Source: Amphiscolops sp. MND2022
Lineage: Eukaryota
Direction: 5' to 3'
DNA length: 64,000 nucleotides
NCBI GenBank assembly: GCA_964187785.1
Contig: OZ076409.1
Location: forward strand, 76,014,001-76,078,000
Under the pieces are notes generated by a model. That model saw only the letters and a list, made by a program, of their open reading frames with translations. It had not been told where the DNA came from and did not search any database. A program made the translations under genes and the position numbers. Below are positions 35,001 through 50,550 of the stretch, piece after piece; position 1 is the stretch's first letter; every line of letters begins with the position of its first letter.

Positions 35001-38000
35001 GGAGGGTGTTTGGTATACGTCGTCGAAGGGCATGCCTCGGCATGCCCACAGACGGTGGGCGTTGATGTTAAGTATGTGGCGTTGACGTTAATTAAACTAT
35101 AATATCACGTTTCAGCTTACAAAATGAAACGTAATATTCAATTTGAACTTTTATTACCTGTTATATACAATTCAATCAATATCATTAGTTTGGTAAAAAG
35201 GTTTTCTGGCATAAAGGACACATTTGAAATGTACAAAATCAACTTTATCAACATTTTGTTAACTATTGCTCTAATAACGGAATCATCACGACATAGTTTT
35301 TGTCGTTGGCAAATTTTTCTTGAAGCTCTAATTGATTCTAAAATGATTCAAACATACCCAAAAACACACTTGATCAACGATTTTTGAAGGATAGCCCTTC
35401 CAAGTTGACACCAGGCCAACTTGAAAGGCTATCATAAGGTAACGGTTATGTTGTTTGAGGTTTGGGAGTCTCTGAAACTATATGGAAAAACTTTAATTTT
35501 AAAAAATATTCCATATTAGTTGACAAAAGTACGCCGAAAGACATTTTAAAACGAAAAAACCTATCCCGTCTCTAACGGTTTGGACTTCCGGTGCTATATA
35601 CCGTTACCCCCCGACAAGGTTTCATGACTATGTTCACTACTGCAGACCGTCGAAACACCTAATTGATACTTTTATTTACAAAATACCAAACATTTGTACC
35701 CAATAGACACAAAATTTGACCATTTCCGGTCGTTTACGGTACCAGGGGCACTTTAGGGTCAACATAACGGTTATGTCCGAATGTTCGCCTCACGTCCTCC
35801 CTTCCATCATATAGTGTCCAAGCAACTATTACCACTCCTTCCGCACCTAATTGCCCTTCAAAAAGTACAAAAATCCCAATTTTACCCACATAACGGTCAT
35901 TTCCGGTCCCAAGGGGTAACGGGGGTGACTGAAACTATGTCCCCCAACTCGTCTCAATGAGTACTACAATAAGTTATCTAACGTTCCCTGGCTGGGACCG
36001 ACCCTTTGGGCTCAAAAAATGACATTTCCGGTCACATAGCGGTTAGGCTGGGGGGCCAAGTCCGTAACGGTGATAGATAGCGGAAATCTGTTTGCCCCCC
36101 TGAAGGCACCATATCATGGGTATGAAACCTTGTAGTAGTGAAGGACACCGTAGCTCCACGCGTTCACGAGATATTTATCCCTCAATGCCCATTTTCCGTT
36201 TTTAACCGTAAAAAAAGGAGGCGGAAGCCCCATTTCCCGCTAACGGGTTGGGTCAGGGGGTCCCAAACCACATGTTTCCGATAGGTCCTTGTCTGAACCT
36301 ACTTTTGATATATGGCACCCGACGAGCTACTCCCACTCCTTCACACCGGAAATAGCGGTAAAACGTGGAGGGGGGCATTTTTCCCGCTGATATAACGGTC
36401 ATTTCCCGTCCGGGGGGTAAACTGAGGTTGGTAAACTACATGTCCCCCACTTTGTCTCAAGGCCGTCCCCAAAACATCACCTAACGACCCCGCGCTCAGA
36501 CGACTCCTTCCGGGTCAAAAACCTGCGTTTCCGGAAAAATAACGGTTTGAGCGGGGGGGTACTTGGAGATAGCTTCAAGATAGAAAAATTTGGTTTGCAC
36601 CTCCGGAGCCCTTGCAACATGGTCGAAAAACCTTTAGCAGGGTTCCCAAACTTTTAAACCAACAGGAAAAAAGTTTTATGGACAAATATGAATTTTACCC
36701 CTAAAATGACCCCCTAACAGTCGCCCGTGTGGCCAAAAAAAAATTTTCCGGGGTATGGAGCCCGGTGGGGGGCGATTTATTCGGGAAAATCTGGTGGGGG
36801 CCGCTCCAACTTTCAAATCCTACGGTTAGTTCCCGAGATCCCGGTTTTTGAGGGAAATTTTCTACTGATAGCTGACGGTACTAAGATCGGATTCAGGACC
36901 CTACCCGAATCCTCCAATATCTTTGTTGGGGTTACCCCCCCGCACCTAGCCGCTACCGCAATTGGGTGTAGATATATTGGATTTTGGTATACGTCGTCGA
37001 AGGGCATGCCTCGGCATGCCCACAGACGGTGGGCGTTGATGTAAAGTATGTGGCGTTGACGTTAATTAAGTTAAAACGTGAGGTTTCAGCTTCTATAATG
37101 AAACGAAATAATAATGTTTAACTTTTTTTAACTGTTATTTTGGTCAATCAGTACCATTTATAACGTAAATCGTTTTCCTGGCATTTAGGAAACATTTTAA
37201 ATGCAAAAAATCAACTTTGTCAACAAGTTGTTAACTATTCTTCTACTAACGGAATCATCACGACATGGTTTTTGTCGTTGGCAAACTAATGATTAAGCTC
37301 TAATTGATACTAAAGTGATAAAAACCTACTCAAAAACACACTTGATATACGATTTGTGAAGGATAGCCCTTCCAAGTTGACACCAGGCCAACTTGAAAGG
37401 CTATCATAATGTAAAGGTTATGTTGATTGAAGCTTTGGAGGTCCCTGAAACTATTGGAAAAACCTTTAATGTCAAAAAATATCGAAAATAGTCAATATTA
37501 GAACAATTCAACCCACAAATGTACGTTCATAAGCATTTTAAAACCCAAAAACCTATACTGTGTCCAACGGCTTGGACTTCCGGTGTTATATACCGTTACC
37601 CCCCTCAAGGTTTCATGACTATGTTCATTTCTGGATGCCTTTGAAACACCTTCCATGTACTTTATTCCATAAAATACCAAACATTTGTACCCTAAAAATA
37701 CAAAATTTGACCATTTCCGGTCGTTTACGGTACCAGGGGGACTTTAGGGTCAACATAACGGTTATGTCCGAATGCTCGCCTCACGTCCTCCCTTACCTCA
37801 TATAGTGTCCAAGCACCTGTTACCACTCCTTCCGCGTCTAAATGCCCTTCAAATAGGACAAAAATGGCAAATTTACTCACATAACGGTCATTTCCGGTCC
37901 CAAGGGGTAACGGGGGGTGACTGAAACTATGTCCCCCAACTCGTCTCATTGAGTACTACAATAAGTTACTTAACGTTCCCCGGGTGGGACCGACCCTTTG

Positions 38001-41000
38001 GGCTCAAAAAGTGACATTTCCGGTCACATAGCGGTTAGGCTGGGGGGCCAAGTCGGTAACGGTGATAGATAGCGGAAATCTGTTTGCCCCCCTGAAGGCA
38101 CCATATCATGGGTATGAAACCTTGTAGTAGTGATGGACACCGTAGCTCCACGCGTTCACGAGATATTTACCCCTCAATGCCCATTTTCCGTTTTTAACCG
38201 TAAAAAAACGGGCCGGAAGCCCCATTTCCTGCTAACGGGTTGGTCCAGGGGGTCCCAAACCACATGTTTCCGATAGATCCTTGTCTAAACCTACTTTTGA
38301 TATATGGCACCCGACGCGCTACTCCCACTCCTTCACACCGGAAATAGCGGTAAAACGTGGAGGGGGGCATTTTTCCCGCTCAAATAACGGTCATTTCCCG
38401 TCCGGGGGGTAAACTGGGGTCGGCAAACTACATGTCCCCCGCTTCGTCTCAAGGCCGTCCCCAATACATCACCTAACGACCCCGCGCTCCGACGACTCCT
38501 TCCGGGTCAAAAACCTGCGTTTCCGGAAAAATAACGTTTTGGGCGGGGGGGTACTTGGAGATAGCTTCAAGATAGAAAAATTTGGTTTGGACCTCCGGGG
38601 CCCCTGCAACACGGTCAAGAAACTTTTAGCAGGGTCCCAAAGTTTTAAATCAACAGGAAAAAAGTTATGCGACATTATATAAATTTTACCCCTAAAATGA
38701 CCCCTAACGGTCGCCCGTGTACCCCGTCAGAATATTTCAATCACGCTGGAACCCGATGGGGGGCGCTAATTTTCGGAAAATCTGGTGGGGGCCGCTCCAA
38801 CTTTAAAATCCTATGGTTAGATCACGAGATCCCGAATCCTATCCAAATTTTCTTAACGAAAGCTGGCAGCACTGAACTCGGATTCAGGACCCTACCCGAA
38901 TCCTCCAAAATTTTTGTTGGGGTTACCCCCCCGCACCTAGCTGCTACCGCGGGTGGGTGTAGATATGAAATGTATTTGGTATACGTCGTCGAAGGGCATG
39001 CCTCGGCATGCCCACAGACGGTGGGCGTTGGTGTAAAGTATGTGGCGTTGACGTTAATTAAACTATAATATGACGTTTCAGCTTACATAATAAAACGTAA
39101 TAATCAATTTGAACTTTTATTACCTGGTTTATACAATCCAATCAATACCATTTGTTTGGTAAAGAGGTTTTCTGGCTTTTAGGACACTTTTGAAATGTAA
39201 AAAATCAACTTAATCAATATTTTGTTAACTATTACTCTAATAACGGAATCATCACGACATAGTTTTTGTCGTTGGCAAACATTTCTTGAAGCTCTAATTG
39301 ATTCTAAAATGATTCAAACATACCCAAAAACACACTTGATCAACGATTTTTGAAGGATAGCCCTTCCAAGTTGACACCAGGCCAACTTGAAAGGCTATCA
39401 TAAGGTAACGGTTATGTTGTTTGAGGTTTGGGAGTCTCTGAAACTATATGGAAAAACTTTAATTTTAAAAAATATTCCATATTAGTTGACAAAAGTACGC
39501 CGAAAGACATTTTAAAACGGAAAAACCTATCCCGTCTCTAACGTTTTGGACTTCCGGTGCTATATACCGTTACCCCCCACAAGGTTTCATGACTATGTTC
39601 ACTACTGCAGACCGTCGAAACACCTAATAGATACTTTTATTTACAAAATACCAAACATTTGTACCCAATAGACACAAAATTTGACCATTTCCGGTCGTTT
39701 ACGGTACCAGGGGGACTTTAGGGTCAACATAACGGTTATGTCTGAATGTTCGCCTCACGTCCTCCATTCCATCATATAGTGTCCAAGCACCTATTACCAC
39801 TCCTTCCGCACCTAATTGCCCTTCAAAAAGTACAAAAATCCCAATTTTACCCACATAACGGTCATTTCCGGTCACAAGGGGTAACGGGGGGTGACTGAAA
39901 CTATGTCCCCCAACTCGTCTCAATGAGTACTACAAAAAGTTATCTAACGTTCCCTGGCTGGGACCGACCCTTTGGGCTCAAAAAGTGACATTTCCGGTCA
40001 CATAGCGGTTAGGCTGGGGGGCCAAGTCCGTAACGGTGATAGATAGCGGAAATCTGTTTGCCCCCCTGAAGGCACCATATCATGGGTATGAAACCTTGTA
40101 GTAGTGAAGGACACCGTAGCTCCACGCGTTCACGAGATATTTACCCCTCAATGCCCATTTTCCGTTTTTAACCGAAAAAAAAGGAGGCGGAAGCCCCATT
40201 TCCCGCTAACGGGTTGGGTCAGGGGGTCCCAAACCACATGTTTTTGATAGATCCTTGTCTAAACCTACTTTTGATATTTGGCACCCGACGCGCTACTCCC
40301 ACACCTTCACACCGGAAATAGCGGTAAAACGTGGAGGGGGGCATTTTTCACGCTCATATAACGGTCATTTCCCGTCCGGGGGGTAAATTGAGGTTGGCAA
40401 ACTACTTGTCCCCCACTTTGTCTCAAGGCCGTCCCCAAAACATCACCTAACTACCCCGCGCTCAGACGACTCCTTCCGGGTCAAAAACCTGCGTTTCCGG
40501 AAAAATAACGGTTCGAGCGGGGGGGTACTTGGAGATAGCTTCAAGATAGAAAAATTTGGTTTGCACCTCCGGAGCCCTTGCAACATGGTCGAAAAACCTT
40601 TAGCAGGGTTCCCAAACTTTTAAACCAACAGGAAAAAAGTTATATGGACCAATATGAATTTTACCCCTAAAATGACCCCCTAACTGTCGCCCGTGTGGCC
40701 AAAAAAAAATTTTCCGGGGTATGGAGCCCGGTGGGGGGCGATCTATTCGGGAAAATCTGGCGGGGGCCGCTCCAACTTTCAAATCCTACGGTTAGTTCCC
40801 GAGATCCCGGTTTTTGAGGGAAATTTTCTACTGATAGCTGGCGGTACTAAGATCGGATTCAGGACCCTACCCGAATCCTCCAATATCTTTGTTGGGGTTA
40901 CCCCCCCGCACCTAGCCCGGCATGTACGGGCGTCGTTTGGGTATGTATTTGGTATACGTCGTCGAAGGGCATGCCTCGGCATGCCCACAGACGGTGGGCG

Positions 41001-44000
41001 TTGATGTAAAGTATGTGGCGTGGACGTTAATTAAACTGAAATATGACGTTTCAGCTTCCATAATGAAACGTAATATTCAATTTGAATTTTTATAAATCTG
41101 TTACATACATTCCAATCAATACCATTTGTTAGGTAAATAGGTTTCCTGGCATTTAGGACACATTTTGTATGGAAAAAATTATTTTTGTCAACAATTAGCT
41201 CACTATTATTCTAATAACGGAATCATGACGGCTTAGTTTTTGTCGTTGATACACTGTTGATGAAGCTCTAATTGGTACTAATGCAAAATATACCTACCCA
41301 AAAACACTCTTGAATAACGATTTTAGAAGGATAGCGCTTCCAAGTTGACACCAGGCCAACTTGAAAGGCTATCGAAAGGTAACGGTTATGTTGATTGAGG
41401 TTTCGGAGTCTCTGAAACTATATGGAAAAACTGTAATTTTTAAACATAGTCCATAATAGTCGACAAAAGTACACCGAAAGACCTTTTCAAACCAAAAACA
41501 TATCCTGTGTCCAACGGTTTGGACTTCCGGTGCTATATACCGTTACCCCCCACAAGGTTTCATGACTACGTTCACTACTGCAGACCGTCGAAACACCTAA
41601 TAGATACTTTTATCTACAAAATACCAAACATTTGTACCCAATAGACGCAAAATTTGACCATTTCCGGTCGTTTACGGTACCAGGGGTACTTTAGGGTCAA
41701 CATAACGGTTATTTCCGAATGTTCGCCTCACGTCCTCCCTTACCTCATATAGTGTCCAAGCACCTATTACCACTCCTCCCGCACAAAAATGCACTTCAAA
41801 GAGTATAAAAAATGCAAATTTACCCTCATAACGGTCATTTCCGGTCCCAAGGGGTAACGGGGGGTGACTGAAACTATGTCCCCCATCTCGTCTCATTGAG
41901 TACTACAATAAGTTACCTACCGTTCCCCGGCTGGGACCGACCCTTTGGGCCCAAAAAGTGACATTTCCGGTCACATAGCGGTTAGGCTGGGGGGCCAAGT
42001 CGGTAACGGTGATAGATAGCGGAAATCTGTTTGCCCCCCTGAAGGCACCATATCATGGGTATGAAACCTTGTAGTAGTGATGGACACGATTGCTCCACGC
42101 GTTCACGAGATATTTACCCCTCAATGCCCATTTTACGGTTTTAGCAGTAAAAAAAGGAGGCGGAAGCCCCATTTCCCGCTAACGGGTTGGTCCAGGGGGT
42201 CCCAAACTACATGTTTCCGATAGGTCCTTGTCTAAACTTATTTTTGATATATGGCTCCCGAAGCGCTACTCCCACTCCTTCACACCGGAAATAGCGGTAA
42301 AACGTGGAGGGGGGCATTTTTCCCGCTCATATAACGGTCATTTCCCGTCCGGGGGGTGAACTGGGGTCGGCAAACTATATATCCCCCGCTTCGTCTCAAG
42401 GCCGTCCCCAATACATCACCTAACGACCCCGCGCTCAGACGACTCCTTCCGGGTCAAAAACCTGCGTTTCCGGAAAAATAACGGTTTGGGCGGGGGGGTA
42501 CTTGGAGATAGCTTCAAGATAGAAAAATTTGGTTTGGACCTCCGGAGCCCCCGCAACACGGTCAAGAAACTTTTAGCAGGGTCCCAAAGTTTTAATCCAA
42601 CAGGAAAAAAGTTATGCGACCGGATATAAATTTTACCCCCAAAATGACCCCTAACGGTCGCCCGTGTACCCCGTCAAAATATTTCAATCACGCTGGAACC
42701 CGGTGGGGGGCGAATAACTTTGGAAAATCTGGTGGGGGCCGCTCCAACTTTAAAATCCTATGGTTAGATCACGAGATCCCGAAATTTTTGCACGATTTCC
42801 TATCGATAGCTATTAGAGTTAAAATCGGATTCAGGACCCTACCCGAATCCTCCAATATATTTGTTGGGGTTACCCCCCCGCACCTAGCTGCTACCGCGGG
42901 TGGGTGTAGATATATATGTAATTGGTATACGTCGTCGAAGGGCATGCCTCGGCATGCCCACAGACGGTGGGCGTTGATGTAAAGTATGTGGCGTTGACGT
43001 TAATTAAGTTAAAACGTGAGGTTTCAGCTTCCATAATGAGACCTATTAAAAATGTTGAGCTTCTTTTTCAATGTTATTTAGTTTTAGTCAATACCATTTA
43101 TTATTTTATTCAATTTGGTGGCATTGGGACACATTTCGAATGGAAAAAATCAACTTTGGAAACAATTTGTTAATTAATATTCTTATAACGGAATTATCAC
43201 GACATCGTTTTTGCCGTTGGCAAACTGTTGATGAAGCTCTAATTGGTACTAATGCAACATATACCTACCCAAAAACACTCTTGATTAACGATTTTAGAAG
43301 GATAGCCCTTCCAAGTTGACACCAGGCCAACTTGAAAGGCTATCAAAATGTAACGGTTATGTTGACTGAAACATTGGAGGTCCCTGAAACTAATGTGAAA
43401 AAATTTTATTTCCGAAAAAAGTCCGTATTAGTTGATATTATGACGATTCAACCCACAAAACTACGCCTAAAGACATTTTGAAACCAAAAAACCTATTCTG
43501 TAACTAACGGTTTGGACTTCCGGTGCTATATACCGTTACCCCCCACAAAGTTTCATGACTTTGTTCACTTCTGGAGGCCTTTAAAACACCTTCCAGGTAC
43601 TTTTATCCATAAAATACCAAACATTTGTACCCTATAAACACAAAATTTGGCCATTTCCGGTTGTTAACGGTACCAGGGGGACTTTGGGGTCAACGTAACG
43701 GTTACTTCCGAATGCTCTCCTCACGACCTCCATTACATCATATAGTGTCCAAGCACCTATTACCATTCCTTCCGCACCTAAATGCCCTTCAAAAGGTATA
43801 AAAATTGCAATTCTACTCACATAACGGTCATTTCCGGTCTCAAGGGGTAACGGGGGGTGACTGAAACTAGATCCCCCAACTCGTCTCAATGAGTACTACA
43901 ATTTGTTACCTAACGTTGCCCGGCTAGGATCGACCCTTTGGGTTCAAAATATGACATTTCCGGTCACTTAACGGTTAGGCTGGGGGGCCAAGTCCGTAAC

Positions 44001-46847
44001 GGTGATAGATAGCGGAAATCTGTTTGCCCCCCTGAAGGCACCATATCATGGGTATGAAACCTTGTAGTAGTGAAGGACACCGTAGCTCCACGCGTTCACG
44101 AGATATTTACCCCTCAATGCCCATTTTCCGTTTTTAACCGTAAAAAAAGGAGGCGGAAGTCCCATTTCCCGCTAACGGGTTGGTCCAGGGGGTCCCAAAC
44201 CACATGTTTCCGATAGTTCCTTGTTTAAACCTACTTTTGATATATGGCACCCGACGCGCTACTCCCACTGCTTCACACCGGAAATAGCGGTAAAACGTGG
44301 AGGGGGGCATTTTTCCCGCTCATATAACGGTCATTTCCCGTCCGGGGGGTAAACTGGGGTTGGCAAACTGCATGTCCCCCACTTCGTCTCAAGGCCGTCC
44401 CCAATACATCACCTAACGACCCCGCGCTCCGACGACTCCTTCCGGGTCAAAAACCTGCGTTTCCGGAAAAATAACGTTTTGGGCGGGGGGGTACTTGGAG
44501 ATAGCTTCAAGATAGAAAAATTTGGTTTGGACCTCCGGGGCCCCTGCAACACGGTCAAGAAACTTTTAGCAGGGTCCCAAAATTTTAAATCAACAGAAAA
44601 AAAGTTATGTGGCCCAATATGAATTTTACCCCTAAAATGACCCCCTAACGGTCGCCCGTGTGGCCAGAAAAAAATTTTCCGGGGTATGGAACCCGGTGGG
44701 GGGCGCTAATTTTCGGAAAATCTGGTGGGGGCCGCTCCAACTTTAAAATCCTATGGTTAGATCACGAGATCCCGAATCCTATCCAAATTTTCTTAACGAA
44801 AGCTGGCAGCACTGAACTCGGATTCAGGACCCTACCCGAATCCTCCAAAAATTTTGTTGGGGTTTCCCCCCCGCACCTAGCCCGGGATGTACGGGCGTCG
44901 TTAGAAGGGATTTGCCATACGTCGTCGAAGGGCATGCCTCGGCATGCCCACAGACGGTGGGCGTTGATGTAAAGTGTGTGGCGTTGACGTTAATTAAACT
45001 AAAATATTACGTTTCAGCTTTCATATTGAAAGGTAATATTCAATTTGAACTTTTATAAATCTGTTACATACATTCCAATCAATACCATTTGTTAGTTAAA
45101 TAGGTTTCCTGGCATTTAGGACACATTTTATATGGAAGAAATCAATTTTCTCAACAATTTGCTAACTATTATTCTAATAACGGAATCATCACGACATAGT
45201 TTTTGTCGTTGGCAAACTTTTCTTGAAGCTCTATTTGATTCTAAAATGATACAAACATACCCAAAAACATACTTGATTGACGATTTTTGAAGGATAGCCC
45301 TTCCAAGTTGACACCAGGCCAACTTGAAAGGCTATCATGAGGTAACGGTTATGTTGGTTGAGGTTTCGGAGTCTCTAAAACTATATGAAAAAACTTTAAT
45401 TTTTTAAAAGTAGTCCTTAATAGTCGACAAAAGTACGCCGAAAGACATTTTAAAACCAAAAAACCCATCCTGTCTCCAACGGTTTGGACTTCCGGTGCTA
45501 TATACCGTTACCCCCCACAAGGTTTCATGACTATGTTCACTACTGTAGACCGTCGAAACACCTAATAGATACTTTTATCTACAAAATACAAAACATTTGT
45601 ACCCAATAGACATAAAATTTGACCATTTCCGGTCGTTTACGGTACCAGGGGGACTTTAGGGTCAACATAACGGTTATTTCCGAATGCTCGCCTCACGTCC
45701 TCCCTTACCTCATATAGTGTCCAAGCACCTATTACCACTCCTTCCGCACCTAAATACACTTGAAAAAGTATAAAAATTGCAATTTTACCCACATAACGGT
45801 CATTTCCGGTCCCAAGGGGTAACGGGGGGTGACTGAAACTATATCCCTCAACTCGTCTCAATGAGTACTACAATAAGTTACCTAACGTTCCCCGGCTGGG
45901 ACCGACCCTTTGGGCTCAAAAAGTGACATTTCCGGTCACATAGCGGTTAGGCTGGGGGGCCAAGTCGGTAACGGTGATAGATAGCGGAAATCTGTTTGCC
46001 CCCCTGAAGGCACCATATCATGGGTATGAAACCTTGTAGTAGTGATGGACACGATTGCTCCACGCGTTCACGAGATATTTACCCCTCAATGCCCATTTTA
46101 CGGTTTTAGCACTAAAAAAAGGAGGCGGAAGCCCCATTTCCCGCTAACGGGTTGGTCCAGGGGGTCCCAAACTACATGTTTCCGATAGGTCCTTGTCTAA
46201 ACCTACTTTTGTTATATATCACCCGACGCGCTACTCCCACTCCTTCACACCGGAAATAGCGGTAAAACGTGGAGGGGGGCATTTTTCACGCTCATATAAC
46301 GGTCATTTCCCGTCCGGGGGGTAAATTGAGGTTGGCAAACTACTTGTCCCCCACTTCGTCTCAAGGCCGTCCCCAATACATCACCTAACGACCCCGCGCT
46401 CAGACGACTCCTTCCGGGTCAAAAACCTGCGTTTCCGGAAAAATAACGGTTTGAGCGGGGGGGTACTTGGAGATAGCTTCAAGATAGAAAACTTTGGTTT
46501 GGACCTTCGGGGCCCCTGCAACACGGTCAAGAAACTTTTAGCAGGGTTCCAAAGTTTTAAATCAACAGAAAAAAAGTTATGTGGCCCAATATGAATTTTA
46601 CCCCTAAAATGACCCCCTAACGGTCGCCCGTGTGGCCGGAAAAAAATTTTCCGGGGTATGGAACCCGGTGGGGGCGCTAATTTTCGGAAAATCTGGTGGG
46701 GGCCGCTCCAACTTTAAAATCCTATGGTTAGATCACGAGATCCCGAAATTTTTGCAAGATTTCCTATCGATAGCTATTAGAGTTAAAATCGGATTCAGGA
46801 CCCTACCCGAATCCTCCAATATCTTTGTAGGGGTTTCCCCCCCGCAC
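29035..46847. repeat. Nine tandem family-A units (1970-1993 bp each)
   Basis: Highly similar units; junction spacings 1970, 1973, 1993, 1975, 1991, 1975, 1972, 1993, 1971. Confidence 0.95.
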
Positions 46848-49800
46848 CTAGCGCTGCAGGCTTCGTTGTGCGACGATGCGCCAGTATTTAGTGGCAACAG
46901 TGGATATATGGACATGTGTTATTTGGTATTATTATTTGAAAAAACATTTGGATTGAAACAATCTTTTTCATGTTCAGTAACATAGTTTCTGTTGTAGCAA
47001 AGTCTAAACAGACAATAAGGCTACGGCAAACGACCTGGAGCTCCCGCTACTGCATTGCCGAGGCCACTCCAAGTATAAAAAGAACAGTAGTACTTGGCTT
47101 TTTGCGTGTACATTACCATCTCCCCCATAGAAGGGGGGAGATGGAATGTACACAACTCTTTCGAACTTTCGAATGGATAAGACGGTGTCAAAACCTGTAA
47201 AAAATGGATCAAATGACCTTAAAGGGCGTTGCTGCACTAAACAGCGGCATTTAAACAGCGCTGGGGTCCACTTAACGTATTCCGATGAGACTTAGCTTCC
47301 ACTTTCATTTTTTGAAATTTTTTGTCACGTAGCAAGCTCACACTAAAAATGTCATAAGTCAACGTCAAGTTAAGCTACAGAGGTTTATAATAGCTCATTT
47401 TTCTCGTCTATTCGAGCACTTTCCACATGCATCCACTTGCAATACTAGTTGTTTGGACGTTTCTTGACTTTGGGAGGCCTAAAGTTGAAAAAAAAAATTT
47501 TGAAAATTTTTCGAAAAAATTCTAAGTCATTTTACTTTTACCCGGGGAATCCTGGATCGCTGAAACTGCGGCAAAAGGGCCAAATGGTTTTTCTGGGAGG
47601 TAAACCGGCCAGGGGAGGCCTTTAGGAGAGGTCCTGGAAAAAAATCTGGGCGAAAAACGGCAGAGATAGACTAGGGTGTGAAAAAATTTCGAGAAAAATC
47701 GTCAGAATTTCGACAATTACTCAGTCAATTTTAATCTGATCTGGACGAAAATTTGTCTACGGACTCCTTACGAAGTTCCTAGCAATAACAACCTCCACGT
47801 GCGACCCGCTCCGGGCACCTGGGAGCGAGATATGTGCTCTCAAAAAAATTTTTTTGAAAAAACGTCGTTTTTTGACCCTAAAATTAAGATTTTGACCAAC
47901 ATTTTGAATTTTCCGGGCAAAATGCCAGTAGGGAAAAGTTCTTAGAATTGCTAGAGGAAGCCGTATGCAAATTTTGAGCCGGATCGTATGGTTCATTTCA
48001 GAGATCGTGGGTAAAAGTGCCGATGTTGCCTAGTATATATGCTCCGCCGTTTTTTTCCTATAAAGCTCGCTACAGGACCCTCCCCGTTGCTCGCGACAAT
48101 GTTTTGTTGGTAGTGTACCGGACCACCCAGTGGAGGCAAAGAAACTAATTACCAGAGTGGGCGGGCGGCTTCTGTCGAATTATATTTTAAAATACGCTAC
48201 CAGTACTGTTCACTTTGAGTGACATCCATGGAAACGTTTTTCGTCTTTTCAACTGATGAAAAACTCTGTTTTTCATCAGTTTAACGACTGATTACATATC
48301 TCTCATTCCAACCACCCGGGTACTTCGTTATTTCTATCCGTTGTTCCTGCGAACTGCTTCGCATTTCTCAGGAACAACGGAGAAGTTGTTTCTTGAACCT
48401 TTTTCCGCAAACAATGGCGGGACTTCTAACAAAAGAACAATTAGTTCTGTACAGTGGCCACACATTGAGGAAGAGGTATGTGAAAATCCTTCAAATAGTG
48501 ATCGTAAGTGCAGGGCTACGTCATTTTCGTGCTCAAAATGTGAAAAAGCATCGAAAAATGAGAAAATCTTTTTTTTTGAAAAATTCTTAAATTTTAGAAT
48601 TTTTGGTAGAACTTTTGAAGAACTTTTTTATTTTTTATTTTTTATCCTCACTACGTGATGATGAAACCACCTCCAAAGTACTGCTACCGCTGAAGGAAAC
48701 ATCATCAATACAAAAGTTCGGAAGTTATGACGCAATGACCGGAGAATTCACAATTTTCCACTTCTTTTTCCACTTCTATCTCTCAGCCTAGTGTCACCAG
48801 CCTAATGATTTTTGACATGCAAACACTTTACTTCATTTATGCCTCGCATGCAACGTTTCAGCCAATTGTATCCACAGGCTGGTTGTACGGAGGCGTAAAT
48901 ATGCCGAAAATAGGTGAAAAAACCGATCATTTGTTCATAACTTCCAACACAGTGTTGCAACCATGTTTTGCCAGGGGGAAAAAGTTCTTATAATTTTAAG
49001 ATCTACCCACACACAAAATTTCATTCAAATCGTATGGCTCAATTCCAAAATCGCTGTTTTTATGGCCCTTTCAGTCTAGATAGAAATCTGACAGCATGGC
49101 TCGGACTCGGGGCCCCTCCCCCACCTCGCAAATATTGTGGTAGGGTATACCCGTGACCACCTAGCAAATGTGGGCGCCCTGTAGCGCTATTTGGCATACG
49201 TCGTCGAAGGGCATGCCACGGCATGCCCACAGACGGTGGGAGTTGGTAGGAGTGTGTGATGTCTAATACTACCCTGATTTGTGTACTTCAGCTTGAAATG
49301 GTATTCGTCCGGGTGACACCTCTGGACAGGATTCAGATAACTCAGTTGAACAAATGTCTTTCTTTTGACAAATTGACTTGAAGGAAAAATATCAAGAGAA
49401 AGGAGGAAACAAAATTCCACTATTTTTCGTTTTCAGAACAGATAGCCTTCAAGATTGACCAAAGGTCAACTTGAAAGGCTATCGGGGGTGATAATGGTGA
49501 TCACTTTTCCGATCTTCAGCAAAACATGCAACGATGTTAGCTTTTTGCGTGGAAAAAAGCATTCAAATCGAAAAATACTAATAACTTGACCTTAAAAAGC
49601 ATTGAAAACTGCATTTACGCTACTTTTTGGACCATTTCCGGTCAAAATTGACCTCTTCCGGTCACAGGGGGTTACTTCCGGTATCTGGCAGTGTCAGTTA
49701 CGACTACGCAGTGAATATATATTTTATGCTCTCACTGGTTCAACTGACTTACGCAACTTGAATGTGGACCAAACACAAGGAAAATTGATAAAAATACTAC

Positions 49801-50550
49801 CAAAAGGGGGTTTTAAGCCCATTTCCGGTCATAGCGAAACCCATGTCTGGACAAAACGTGGTCATTAAGTTGACCCCAGGTTATACTTCACTTTTGATTT
49901 CCTGCTAGTTGCTCGTACAATGCCTCCTTACCGGTGAAAATGGAGACTTCTGGTCTGAAAGTGCACAAAAACGCTCATTTCCGGTCAAGGGGGTGATGGG
50001 GGTGAACTCAACGCATGTCATCGGATCTATCTCAAAATGCCTAACAAATCGTCAGCAGGGTGTGCACGCGCTAAATCTACGGCTTTATTACGGAAATTAG
50101 CAATTTCCCAAATTTAGGCGTCAAAAATACACGGATGCACCCCTCTATCTCTGTGGGGGGTAATCCGAGGGCAACCAAATTTTCTCAGCATACGTAATGG
50201 AAGATGCTGCAACTTTTCGTGCTCCACACTTGATACGCTAGGAACAAAGTATCTATGAGTTTTTTGCTTGAAAAGTTGAAAATGACATAAAAAACGCAAC
50301 AATGCGACGAAAATTGCGCAAAAAGTGCAACAAAGACAAGTTTTTCAGCAACCGTCACTCCTACACTTTTTCATTACTCATTGATTAGGGGCCACATGCA
50401 AAATTTCAGAGAATTCTAACGGTTAGTTTTTGAGATCTCGATTAAATCGGACACTTCTGGTATGTGGTAAATTTCGGTACAGGCTCGGCACGGGGCCCTC
50501 CCCAAAGCCTCGCAAACGTCATATACGAGTAAAAAAAAATACCCGACCAC
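46848..50550. repeat. Intercalated units B' (46848-48126), D' (48127-49160) and C (49161-50550)
   Basis: Each is bounded by the same CAC|CYAG junction and is homologous to the units at 22527, 25187 and 23797 respectively. Confidence 0.85.
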